This document shows, piece after piece, positions 1 to 11,375 of a stretch of 64,000 bases of DNA. The first letter of the stretch is position 1. Each line of letters begins with the position of its first letter. A model generated the notes under the pieces. The model was not told the origin of the DNA. It did not search any database and worked only from the letters and a program-made list of their open reading frames with translations. This stretch comes from Bilabrum cf. latius (Eukaryota): positions 930,001 through 994,000 of the forward strand of contig OZ237738.1 in NCBI GenBank assembly GCA_965178125.1, given 5' to 3'. The translations under genes and the position numbers were made by a program.

Positions 1-867
1 GAGCGCAAGCACGAGTGCAGTGTGTGCGGCAAGTCATTCGGACAGGCTGGCAATTTCAGGAGGCACATGAGGACCGTGCATCTGGGCGAGCGCAAGCACG
101 AGTGCATGGTGTGCGGCAAGTCATTCGGGCTGGCAGGCCATCTCAGGACGCACATGAGGACCGTGCACATGGGCGAGCGCAAGCACGAGTGCATGGTGTG
201 CGGCAAGTCATTCGGGGAGGCAGGCAGTCTCAGGACGCACATGAGGACTGTGCATCTGGGCGAGCGCAATCACGAGTGCATGGTGTGCGGCAAGTCATTC
301 GGGCTGGCAGGCAATCTCAAGACGCACATGAGGACTGTGCACATGGGCGAGCGCAAGCACGAGTGCAGTGAGTGCGGCAAGTCATTCGGGGAGGCAGGCT
401 ATCTCAGGACGCACATGAGGACCGTGCATCTAGGCGAGCGCAAGCACGAGTGCATGGTGTGCGGCAAGTCATTCGGACAGGCAGGCAATCTCAGGACGCA
501 CATGAGGACTGTGCATCTAGGCGAGCGCAAGCACGAGTGCATGGTGTGCGGCAAGTCATTCGGGGAGGCAGGCAGTCTCAGGACGCACATGAGGACCGTG
601 CATCTAGGCGAGCGCAAGCACGAGTGCATGGTGTGCGGCAAGTCATTCGGACAGGCAGGCAATCTCAGGACGCACATGAGGACTGTGCATCTAGGCGAGC
701 GCAAGCACGAGTGCATGGTGTGCGGCAAGTCATTCGGGGAGGCAGGCAGTCTCAGGACGCACATGAGGACTGTGCATCTGGGCGAGCGCAAGCACGAGTG
801 CAGTGTGTGCGGCAAGTCATTCGGACAGGCAGGCGATCTCAAGAGGCACACGCGAGGTTGTCACTGA
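1..867 (+). CDS. C2H2 zinc-finger array protein, copy 1 (5' end outside window; 10 fingers visible)
   Basis: 29-aa repeats CxxCGKSFGxAGxLxxHMRTVHLGERKHE; ends in TGA at 865-867. Confidence 0.9.
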   Translation, partial: ERKHECSVCGKSFGQAGNFRRHMRTVHLGERKHECMVCGKSFGLAGHLRTHMRTVHMGERKHECMVCGKSFGEAGSLRTHMRTVHLGERNHECMVCGKSFGLAGNLKTHMRTVHMGERKHECSECGKSFGEAGYLRTHMRTVHLGERKHECMVCGKSFGQAGNLRTHMRTVHLGERKHECMVCGKSFGEAGSLRTHMRTVHLGERKHECMVCGKSFGQAGNLRTHMRTVHLGERKHECMVCGKSFGEAGSLRTHMRTVHLGERKHECSVCGKSFGQAGDLKRHTRGCH

Positions 868-964
868 TTCGCTAGCATTCTGTAGCGAGTGGCTCGGCGC
901 TTGACATTGGATTGTGCACGCTGCATTCAAAAAGGGTGAAGCTTGGGATGTCAGGACTTGAAAG

Positions 965-1478
965 AAAATTCCTGCCCCCGGTCCCGCGGACCCACTGGGC
1001 TTCACCCTGAACGACTGGTTTTTCACCGGTCCACCTGAATGCGGTATTCATCCGACACTACGAATGTACACGCCACTTTCCCCATGCACGCGCGACTGGC
1101 CTCGTCGCCACATGGCTACCTGTTCCTGTTCCCCGCCCTAGGGACCGTGTGCTTTGCTCCCTGCATTGCCGCCTTGGCCCAATCCTTTCAGCTTGCACGC
1201 ACCGGTCCTGGCCGACCTGCTGCGCCCCATCTGTCCACCCGCCTGTTGGCCCTCTGCGTGCTGCTGGCCATGCAGTCCGCTGCCACCCGCGTCTCCCTCG
1301 TGCCTTGCACCTGGAGCCCCCATTCCTCCCGTTGTGTTCTCCCTGTTGACACCGCACTGTCGTCGCCTGTGCCGGTGTCCCCCTGTTCTTCTCCACCTCC
1401 TGTCCTCCTGCGCCCACCCCGTCTTCCGGCTCACCTCTGCTCCCCGTCGCTTCAATCCTGATGTCCGAGTACATAAAA
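965..1478. mobile_element. ~510-bp non-coding insertion element, copy A
   Basis: Runs from aaaattcctgcccccggtcccgcggacc to cttcaatcctgatgtccgagtacata. It is absent from the homologous flank at ~12700 (empty site). Confidence 0.65.
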
Positions 1479-1809
1479 CAAGATGTCCTGCACGAATTGC
1501 TCTTGTTCTGAGCACTCCTCTTGTTCTATCATGCTCCCTTGGGTACGATAGTACGTACCCATGCCTGGCAGGGCCTTGACACTCGACTGCAGCACGTCGG
1601 AGGCCCGGCCCCGGATGCCGTTCGCCCGGCCGCGGGGCCGTGGGTGCTCCAGCTGCGGTTGGGAGTGCAGACTAGGATTGGCGAGGGAGTCGTGATCAGG
1701 CTGCTGTCCGTACAGTCTGCCTTGATTCCGATACGAGGTATCTCTACCGCCATCGCCCTCCTGCCTCTGGATTCGTGCACAGGCTGAGGGGAAGCGCGCG
1801 GCGTGTGCC

Positions 1810-2076
1810 TGACGGGAGGGGGTCCGTCGCAGCCGTGGCACAGGCCAAGCAAGAGAAGATCGGGATCCGGGGCTCGAGATCTGGCGCCGCGGCTGGGGCC
1901 GGTGCGGGTGCGGGTGGAGTGGTCGGTTCCGTGGGTGATGGTGGCTCTGGGCTGGGGCAGGGGTCCGCGGCATCCACGAAGGAGGACTTCTCCGTGGACG
2001 CGCTGGCGGCCCAGCTGAAGCGGTCTGACGAGGCCCGGATCAAGGGCCAGGCGTGGAGGGAGAAGCGGGCGGGGGC

Positions 2077-2109
<33 letters not shown>

Positions 2110-2182
2110 GGCGCGCAGGGAGGGGGTGGAGAAGGCGTCTGGCGAAGGAGGGGCAGCGAGCGAGAACGGCGCTTCTCCGTGA
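1810..2182 (+). pseudogene. Gly/Ala/Gln-rich ORF fragment with no clear start, duplicated at ~5140-5516 and ~10627-11003
   Basis: Coding-like frame (FSVDALAAQLKRSDEARIKGQAWREKR) is conserved in three copies and ends in TGA. No ATG start or recognisable domain. Confidence 0.35.
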
Positions 2183-2554
2183 GGAGGGATGTGGTGGGTT
2201 GCGCGTGGCCTGGTTGCTTCCTGTGAAGCTGATGTTCCAAGTAAGCGAGGCCGCCACGCAAGGCCCAGCGCCTTGAAGTTGTGAAGATGAAAACAGCCTG
2301 AACCGGACCAGAGTGGATCGATCTCACCGACTCATTGTCAGATTCATCGGTACTGTTTCGACTGTAGCATCCCCAACTAAAGCCATTCTAGATACAGGGT
2401 TGAATTGGAGCGAATCAGAACTGGCCGTCGAACAGGTACACAAGAAAAGGTCGTGCATAGTAAAGCTCGTATTCCCTGTCTATCTGTAGTCGGCGGCCAC
2501 CTGGCTGGTTGCGTATCAGCAGTCGATACTGGATACAAATACTGCCAGGAAGCC

Positions 2555-4204
2555 ATGGAGCAAGCAGCAGGTGCACGCTCAGGGGAGGTGATCGATCTCG
2601 TCAGCAGCGACTCAAGCGACAGCGACTCTGGTGAAAGCGATGTCGAGGTTCCCGACCGCCATATGAGCACGATTGCTGCATCGCTATCATTGACCAGCAG
2701 TCGGTAGTGGAGCAGGCGAGAGGCAGGTGGGAAAGGTAGGGCCCGAGATTCAGCGAGCGATCGAGCCGAAGCTGTTCCCACGTCCATCGTGGCGTCGGGA
2801 CTCTCCAGCAGCAGCGCAGTGTTGCCACAAGAAGTGCAATCTTCAATGCAGTCAAGCTCAGGGGTAGATGCAAGCGGCGGCACCGATGCCTCTTTGGGCC
2901 AGAAGCGAGGCAGGCAGGCAGAGGCGAGGTCAGCAGACAGCTAGAGCGGATCGAGTGGAAAGAGACGGCGTGGGCAGGCAGGCGCAATCGGGGCAGGACA
3001 TCGGTGCAGCGTGTGCGGGCAGGCGTTCGGGCGGGCAGGCAGTCTCAGGACGCACATGTCCACGGTGCATCTGGGCGAGCGCAAGCACGAGTGCATGGAG
3101 TGCGGCAAGTCATTTGGGGAGGCAGGCAATCTCAGTAGGCACATGTCCACTGTGCATCTGGGCGAGCGCAAGCACGAGTGCATGGAGTGCGGCAAGTCAT
3201 TTGGTGTGGCAGGCAGTCTCAGGAGGCACATGAGGACAGTGCATCTGGGCGAGCGCAAGCACGAGTGCAGTGTGTGCGGCAAGTCATTCGGTGTGGCAGG
3301 CAATCTCAGGACGCACATGAGGACCGTGCATCTGGGCGAGCGCAAGCACGAGTGCATGGAGTGCGGCAAGTCATTCGGACGGGCAGGCCATCTCAGGACG
3401 CACATGAGGACCGTGCATGTTGGGGAGCGCAAGCACGAGTGCATGGAGTGCGGCAAGTCATTCGGGGAGGCAGGCCATCTCAGGAGGCACATGAGGACTG
3501 TGCATCTGGGCGAGCGGAAGCACGAGTGCGTGGAGTGCGGCAAGTCATTCGGTCTAGCAGGCGATCTCAGGAGGCACATGAGGACCGTGCATCTGGGCGA
3601 GCGCAAGCACGAGTGCATGGTGTGCGGCAAGTCATTCGGACAGGCAGGCAATCTCAGGACGCACATGTCCACTGTGCATCTGGGCGAGCGCAAGCACGAG
3701 TGCATGGTGTGCGGCAAGTCATTCGGGCAGGCGGGCGATCACAGGACGCACATGTCCACTGTGCATCTGGGCGAGCGCAAGCACGGGTGCAGTGTGTGCG
3801 GCAAGTCATTCGGTGTGGCAGGCAATCTCAGGAGACACATGTCCACTGTGCATCTGGGCGAGCGCAAGCACGAGTGCATGGTGTGCGGCAAGTCATTCGG
3901 ACAGGCAGGCAATCTCAGGACGCACATGAGGACTGTGCATCTGGGCGAGCGCAAGCACGAGTGCAGTGTGTGCGGCAAGTCATTCGGACAGGCAGGCCAT
4001 CTCAAGACGCACATGAGGACTGTGCATCTGGGCGAGCGCAAGCACGAGTGCATGGAGTGCGGCAAGTCATTCGGGCTGGCAGGCCATCTCAGGACGCACA
4101 TGAGGACAGTGCACATGGGCGAGCGCAAGCACGAGTGCATGGTGTGCGGCAAGTCATTCGGACAGGCAGGCGATCTCAGGAGGCACACGCGAGGTTGCCA
4201 TTGA
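2555..4204 (+). CDS. C2H2 zinc-finger array protein, copy 2 (14 fingers, N-terminal SIM-like/acidic region)
   Basis: ATG 2555 (MEQAAGARSGEVIDLVSSDSSDSD) is in frame with the finger array through TAGs at 2705 and 2942; ends in TGA. Confidence 0.85.
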
Positions 4205-4300
4205 TTCGCTTGCATTTTGCAGCGAGTGGCTCGGCGCTTGACATTGGATTGTGCACGCTGCATGAATAAGGGTGAAGCTTAGGATGTCAGGACTTGAAAG

Positions 4301-4808
4301 AAAATTCCTGCCCCCGGGTCCCGCGGACCCACTGGGCTTCACCCCGAACGACTGGTTCTTCACCGGTCCACCTGAATGCGGTATTTATCTGACACTACGA
4401 ATGTACACACCACTTTTCCCCATGCACCCGACTGGCCTCGTCGCCACATGGCTTCCTGTTCCTGTTCCCCGCCCTAGGGACCGTGTGCTTTGCTCCCAGC
4501 ATCGCCACCTTGGCCCTTTCCTTTCAGCTTGCACGCGCCGGTCCTGGCCGACCTGCCGTGCGCCCCATCTGTCCACCCGCCTGTTGGCCCTCTGCGTGCT
4601 GCTGGCCATGCAGTCCGCTGCCACCCGCGTCTCCCTCGTGCCTTGCACCTGGAGCCCCCATTCCTCCCGTTGTGTTGCGTTCTCCCTGTTGACACCGCAC
4701 TGTCGTCGCCTGTGCCGGTGCCCCCCTCTGTTCTTCTCCACCTCCTGTCCTCCTGCGCCCACCTCTGCTCCCCGTCGCTTCAATCCTGATGTCCGAGTAC
4801 ATAAAACA
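4301..4808. mobile_element. ~510-bp insertion element, copy B
   Basis: Same termini and same insertion site as copy A, so probably duplicated with the unit. Confidence 0.65.
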
Positions 4809-5889
4809 AGATGTCCTGCACGAATTGCTCTTGTTCCGAGCACTCCTCTAGTTCCATCATGCTCCCTTGGGTACGATGGTACGTACCCATGCCTGGCAGG
4901 GCCTTGACACTCAACTGCAGCACGTCGGAGGCCCGGCCCCGGATGCCGTTCGCCCGCCCACCGGGCCGTGGGTGCTCGAGCTGCGGTTGGGAGTGCAGAC
5001 TAGGATTGTGAGGGAGTCGAGATCAGGCTGCTATTCGCACACTCTGCCTTGATTCCGATACGAGGCATCTCGACCGCCATCGCCCTCCTGCCTCTGGATT
5101 CGTGCACAGGCTGAGGGGAAGCGCGCGGCGTGTGCCTGAAGGGGAGGGGGGCCGTCGCAGCCGTGGCACAGGCCAAGCAAGAGACGATCGGGATCCGGGG
5201 CTCGAGATCTGGCGCCACGGCGGGGGCGGGTGCGGGTGCGGGTGCGGGTGGAGTGGTCGGTTCCGTGGGTGATGGTGGCTCTGGGCTGGGGCAGGGGTCC
5301 GCGGCATCCACCAAGGAGGCCTTCTCCGTGGACGCGCTGGCGACCCAGCTGAAGCGGTCCGATGAGGCCCGGATCAAGGGCCAGGCGTGGAGGGAGAAGC
5401 GGGCGGGGGCGGAGCAGCAGCAGAAGCAGCAGCAGCAGCTGCAGGTGCGCAGGGAGAGGGTGGAGAAGGCGTCTGGCGAAGGAGGGGCAGCGAGCGAAAA
5501 CGGTGCTTCTCCGTGAGGAGGGATGTGGTGGGTTGCGCGTGGCCTGGTTGCTTCCTGTGAAGCTGATGTTCCAAGTAAGCGAGGCCGCCACGCCCAGCCC
5601 AGCACCTTGAAGTTGTGAAGATGAAAACAGCCTGAACCGGACCAGAGTCGATCGATCTCACCGACTCATTGTCCGTTTCATCGATACTGTTTCGACTGTA
5701 GCATCCCTAACTAAAGCCTTTCTAGATACAGGGTTGAGTTGGAGCGAATCAGAACTGGCCGTCGAACAGGTACAGAAGAGAAGGGCGTGCATAGTAAAGC
5801 TCGTATTCCCTGTCATTCTGACGTCGGCAGCCACCTGGCTGGGTTGCGTATCAGCAGTCAATACTGAATACAAATACTGCCAGGAAGCC

Positions 5890-7278
5890 ATGGAGCAAGC
5901 AGCAGGTGCATGCTCAGGGGAGGTGATCGATCTCGTCAGCAGCGACTCAAGCGACAGCGACTCTGGTGAAAGCGATGTCGAGGTTCCCGACCGTCATATG
6001 AGCACGATTGCTGCATCGCTATCATTGACCAGCAGCCGCTAGTGGGGCAGGAGAGAGGCAGATGGGAAAGGTAGGACCCGATATTCAGCCGGCGATCGAG
6101 CCAAAGCTGCTCCCACGTCCATCGTGGCGTCGGGACACTCCAGCAGCAGCGCAATGTTGCCGCAAGAAGTGCAATCTTCAATGCAGTCAAGCTCAGGGGT
6201 AGGTGCAAGCGGCGGCACCGATGCCTCTGTGGGTCAGAAGCGAGGCAGGCAGGCAGAGGCGAGGTCAGCAGACAGCTTGAGCGGATCGAGGGCGAAGAGA
6301 CGGCGTGGACAGGCAGGCGCAATCGGGGCAGGACATCGGTGCAGCGTGTGTGGACAGGCATTCGGACAGGCAGGCCATCTCAGGAGGCACATGTCCACTG
6401 TGCATCTGGGCGAGCGCAAGCACGAGTGCATGGAGTGCGGCAAGTCATTCGGGCTGGCAGGCAGTCTCAGGAGGCACATGAGGACAGTGCATCTGGGCGA
6501 GCGCAAGCACGAGTGCATGGAGTGCGGCAAGTCATTCGGGCAGGCAAGCTATCTCAGGACGCACATGTCCACTGTGCATCTGGGCGAGCGCAAGCACGAG
6601 TGCATGGAGTGCGGCAAGTCATTCGGGCTGGCAGGCTCACTCAGGACGCACATGTCCACTGTGCATCTGGGCGAGCGCAAGCACGAGTGCATGGAGTGCG
6701 GCAAGTCATTCGGATAGGCAGGCCATCTCGGGACGCACATGAGGACAGTGCATCTGGGCGAGCGCAAGCACGAGTGCATGGTGTGCGGCAAGTCATTCGG
6801 TGCGGCAGGCAGTCTCAGGAGGCACATGTCCACTGTGCATCTGGGCGAGCGCAAGCACGAGTGCATGGAGTGCGGCAAATCATTCGGACGGGCAGGCTCA
6901 CTCAGGACGCACATGTCCACTGTGCATCTGGGCGAGCGCAAGCACGAGTGCATGGAGTGCGGCAAGTCATTCGGATAGGCAGGCCATCTCGGGACGCACA
7001 TGAGGACAGTGCATCTGGGCGAGCGCAAGCACGAGTGCATGGTGTGCGGCAAGTCATTCGGGCGGGCAGGCCATATCAGGACGCACATGTCCACTGTGCA
7101 TCTGGGCGAGCGCAAGCACGAGTGCATGGAGTGCGGCAAGTCATTCGGACAGGCAGGCGATCTCAGGACGCACATGAGGACTGTGCATCTGGGCGAGCGC
7201 AAGCACGAGTGCATGGAGTGCGGCAAGTCATTCGGACGGGCAGGCGATCTCAGGAGGCATACGCGGGGTTGCCATTGA
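5890..7278 (+). CDS. C2H2 zinc-finger array protein, copy 3 (11 fingers)
   Basis: ATG 5890; in-frame TAGs at 6040, 6715 and 6976. The last two sit where sister fingers have CAG (gga tag gca ggc cat vs gga cag gca ggc cat). Ends in TGA. Confidence 0.85.
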
Positions 7279-7408
7279 TTCGCTTGCATTCTGCAGCGAG
7301 TGGCTCGGCGCTTAATATTGGATTGTGCACGCTGGATGAAAGGGTGTATCTTTGACGGTCAGGACCCGATGTGCTGCACGCACCCCTGTTATTGAACCTA
7401 GACTACAG

Positions 7409-8978
7409 AAAAATTCCTGCCCCCGGTCCCGCGGACCCACTGGGCTTCACCCCGAACGACTGGTTCTTCACCGGTCCACCTGAATGCGGTATTCATCTGA
7501 CACTACGAATGTACACACCACTTTCCCCATGCACCCGACTGGCCTCGTCGCCACATGGCTTCCTGTTCCTGTTCCCCGCCCTAGGGACCGTGTGCTTTGC
7601 TCCCAGCATCGCCACCTTGGCCCTATCCTTTCAGCTTGCACGCGCCGGTCCTGGCCGACCTGCCGTGCGCCCCATCTGTCCACCCACCTGTTGGCCTTCT
7701 GCGTGCTGCTGGCCATGCAGTCCGCTGCCACCCGCGTCTCCCTCGTGCCTTGCACCTGGAGCCCCCATTCCTCCCGTTGGGTTCTCCCTGTTGACACCGC
7801 ACTGTCGTCGCCTGTGCCGGTGTCCCCCTCTTCTTCTCCACCTCCTGTCCTCCCGCCTCGTCTTCCGTCTCACCTCTGCTCCCCGTTGCTTCAATCCTGA
7901 TGTCCGAGTACATATAACATACATCATGCATAAAAATTCCTGCCCCCGGTCCCGCGGACCCACTGGGCTTCACACCGAACGACTGGTTCTTCACCGGTCC
8001 ACCTGAATGCGGTATTCATCTGACACTACGAATTTACACGCCACTTTCCCCATGCACCCGACTGGCCTCGTCGCCACATGGCTTCCTGTTCCTGTTCCCC
8101 GCCCTAGGGACCGTGTGCTTTGCTCCCAGCATTGCCACCTTGTCCCTATCCTTTCAGCTTGCAAGCGCCGGTCCTGGCCGACATGCCGTGCGCCTCATCT
8201 GTCCACCCACCTGTTGGCCCTCTGCGTGCTGCTGGCCATGCAGTCCGCTGCCACCCGCGTCTCCCTCGTGCCTAGCACCTGGAGCCCCCATTCCTCCCGT
8301 TGGGTTCTCCCTGTTGACACCGCACTGTCGTCGCCTGTGCCGGTGTCCCCCTCTTCTTCTCCACCTCCTGTCCTCCTGCGCCCACCTCGTCTTCCGTCTC
8401 ACCTCTGCTCCCCGTTGCTTCAATCCTTGCAATCCTGATATCCGAGTCCATATAACATGAACCAAAATTCCTGTCCCCGGTCCCGCGGACCCACTGGGCT
8501 TCACACCGAACGACTGGTTCTTCACCGGTCCACCTGAATGCGGTATTCATCTGACACTACGAATTTACACGCCACTTTCCCCATGCACCCGACTGGCCTC
8601 GTCGCCACATGGCTTCCTGTTCCTGTTCCCCGCCCTAGGGACCGTGTGCTTTGCTCCCAGCATTGCCACCTTGTCCCTATCCTTTCAGCTTGCAAGCGCC
8701 GGTCCTGGCCGACATGCCGTGCGCCTCATCTATCCACCCACCTGTTGGCCCTCTGCGTGCTGCTGGCCATGCAGTCCGCTGCCACCCGCGTCTCCCTCGT
8801 GCCTAGCACCTGGAGCCCCCATTCCTCCCGTTGGGTTCTCCCTGTTGACACCGCACTGTCGTCGCCTGTGCCGGTGTCCCCCTCTTCTTCTCCACCTCCT
8901 GTCCTCCTGCGCCCGCCCCGTCTTCCGTCTCACCTCTGCTCCCCGTTGCTTCAATACTGATGTCCGAGTCCATATAAC
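7409..8978. mobile_element. Head-to-tail trimer of the ~510-bp element (7409-7918, 7932-8457, 8465-8978)
   Basis: Three direct copies with short, variable AT-rich spacers. The insertion point is ~25-45 bp downstream of the site used by copies A and B. Confidence 0.7.
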
Positions 8979-9042
8979 AAGGTACGATGCTACGTACCCA
9001 TGCCTGGCAGGACCTTGATACTCGACTGCAGCACTTCGGAGG

Positions 9043-10380
9043 CTCTACGAGGCTGCATCCGCGGCTGCAACGGCTGCCGCGGGCAGCGGTGCGGGCGGTG
9101 CATACTAGGCTGGGCATGGCGCGCTGGCAGGCTTCCCCCCGGCGGGAGTGCGCCCCACGATCGACCAGTTTGAGCAGCGTGCCAAGGTGATGTCGAGCAA
9201 GGAGAAGCCCAAGCAGCTGACTGCCGTGGGCTCGGACGGTCGCAGGTACCACTTCCTGTGCAAGCAGGAGCTCTCGGGCGACTTGCGCAAGGACGCCCGC
9301 ATGATGGAGCACTCCACGGTGGTGAACCGGCTGCTGGCGTCGGACCACGAGGCCAGCAGGCGCGCGCTCCGGCTGCGCACCTACAGCGTGATCGTGACGA
9401 GCGAGAGCACGGGGCTCATGGAGTGGGTGGAAAACTGCACGCCGTTGCGCTTCGCCGTCAAGGAGGTCTACAATGACCTGGGAGTTGACAGTCCCATGCA
9501 CCTAACGCTCCGTGTCATGAAGCCGCTGCAGAAGAACCAGGACAACCAGAATCAGACCACAGCAGTCACGGCAAGGTTCTTCGCCTCTGAGGTGCAGCCA
9601 CAGTTCCCTGCGGTGCTGCACAGGTACCATCTGAAGCGCTTCGCTGACCCGGAGCGGTGGCTCCGGGCTCGGCAGCGGTTCACACGAAGCACGGCCTGCT
9701 GGGCCATGGTGGGCCATCTGCTTGGGCTGGGCGACCGCCACGGAGAGAACCTGCTGATGGATGACACGAGCGGGGATCAGGTGCACGTGGACTTCGACTG
9801 CCTGTTCGACAAGGGGCTGTCCCTGTCACGGCCCGAGGTGGTGCCCTTCCGCCTCACCGCCAACGTGCTGGATGCGATGGGCCTCTGGGGGTACGAGGGA
9901 GGCATGCGTCGGTCCAGCGAGGCGTGCATGGCGGTGCTACGTGCGAACGGGAGCACGCTGCTGGGCGTGCTGGAGTCCTTCGTGTACGATCCACTGGTGG
10001 AGTGGACTCGAAGCAAGAGCAAGGGAGGGAGGCACTCTTCTTCCTCGTCCTCCTCGTCCTCGTCGTCGTCGGCGGCCGCGGGTGGCGCGGTGCTGCCGAC
10101 CGACGAGGTGCCCAGCACGGCGGTGGGGGGCGAGGTGGAGAACATCGCCGGTGTGACGATTGTGAGGCACATCAAGGAGAGGCTGCGGGGAGGGTACAAC
10201 GTGCGGCCGCCGCACCGAGACAAGTACAACGTGAGGACGAGGAGGCACGCTGCGGACGATGGCAGGCTTGCGGGGGGTCGCACGATCGGGGTGCAGGCGC
10301 AGGTACACCGGCTGATCTCCGAGGCGTCATCGGTGGAGAACCTGGCCTAGATGTACGTTGGGTGGATGCCGTTCTTGTGA
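9043..10380 (+). pseudogene. ATR: 5'-truncated ATR/Mec1-like PIKK fragment (kinase + FATC domains)
   Basis: Motifs FLCKQELSGDLRKDARMME, LGLGDRHGENLL and HVDFDCLF. FATC end ENLA(TAG)MYVGWMPFL-TGA. The frame starts abruptly at a repeat-unit junction with no HEAT/FAT region. Confidence 0.8.
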
Positions 10381-11375
10381 AGTTGAGCGCCTCTGGTCTG
10401 GGGTCTGGGAGGGGGCGCTGCAGTGCACTGCACAATGCCTTCTCCCGCGGGGCTGTGGGTGCTCAAGCTGCGGTTGGGAGTGCAGACTAGGATTGTGAGG
10501 GAGTCGAGATCGGGTTGCTATTCGCACACTCTGCCTTGATTCCGATACGAGGCATCTCGACCGCCATCGCCCTCCTGCCTCTGGATTCGTGCACAGGCTG
10601 AGGGGAAGCGCGCGGCGTGTGCCTGAAGGGGAGGGGGGCCGTCACAGCCGTGGCACAGGCCAAGCAAGAGACGATCGGGATCCGGGGCTCGAGATCTGGC
10701 GCCACGGCGGGGGCGGGTGCGGGTGCGGGTGCGGGTGGAGTGGTCGGTTCCGTGGGTGATGGTGGCTCTGGGCTGGGGCAGGGGTCCGCGGCATCCACGA
10801 AGGAGGCCTTCTCCGTGGACGCGCTGGCGGCCCAGCTGAAGCGGTCCGATGAGGCCCGGATCAAGGGCCAGGCGTGGAGGGAGAAGCGGGCGGGGGCGGA
10901 GCAGCAGCAGAAGCAGCAGCAGCAGCTGCAGGTGCGCAGGGAGAGGGTGGAGAAGGCGTCTGGCGAAGGAGGGGCAGCGAGCGAGAACGGCGCTTCTCCG
11001 TGAGGAGGGATGTGGTGGGTTGCGCGTGGCCTGATTGCTTCCTGTGAAGCTGATATTCCAAGTAAGCGAGGCTGCCACGCCCAGCCAAGCACCTTCACGT
11101 TGTGAAGATGAAAACAGCCTGAACCGGACCAGAGTGGATCGATCTCACCGAAGCATTGTCAGTTTCATCGATACTGTTTCGACTGCAGCATCCCCAACTA
11201 TAGCCTTTCTAGATACAGGGTTGAGTTGGAGCGAATCAGAACTGGCCGTCGAACAGGTACACAAGAAAAGGGCGTGCATAGTAAAGCTCGTATTCCCTGT
11301 CATTCTGTAGTCGGCAGCCACCTGGCTGGCTGCGTATCAGCAGTCGATACTGGATACAAATACTGCCAGGAAGCC

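Noticed and set aside
1450-1480. Hammerhead ribozyme or LTR primer-binding site at the element end (ctgatgtccgag)
   Set aside because: The core is CUGAUGU rather than CUGANGA, with no matching GAAA stem, no TGG-initiated PBS and no TG...CA termini.
6715-6978. ZF copy 3 and other TAG-containing genes as nonsense pseudogenes
   Set aside because: The interruptions are only TAG, sit at Gln positions, and occur in a conserved housekeeping gene such as RRN3. Random decay would also give TAA/TGA and frameshifts.
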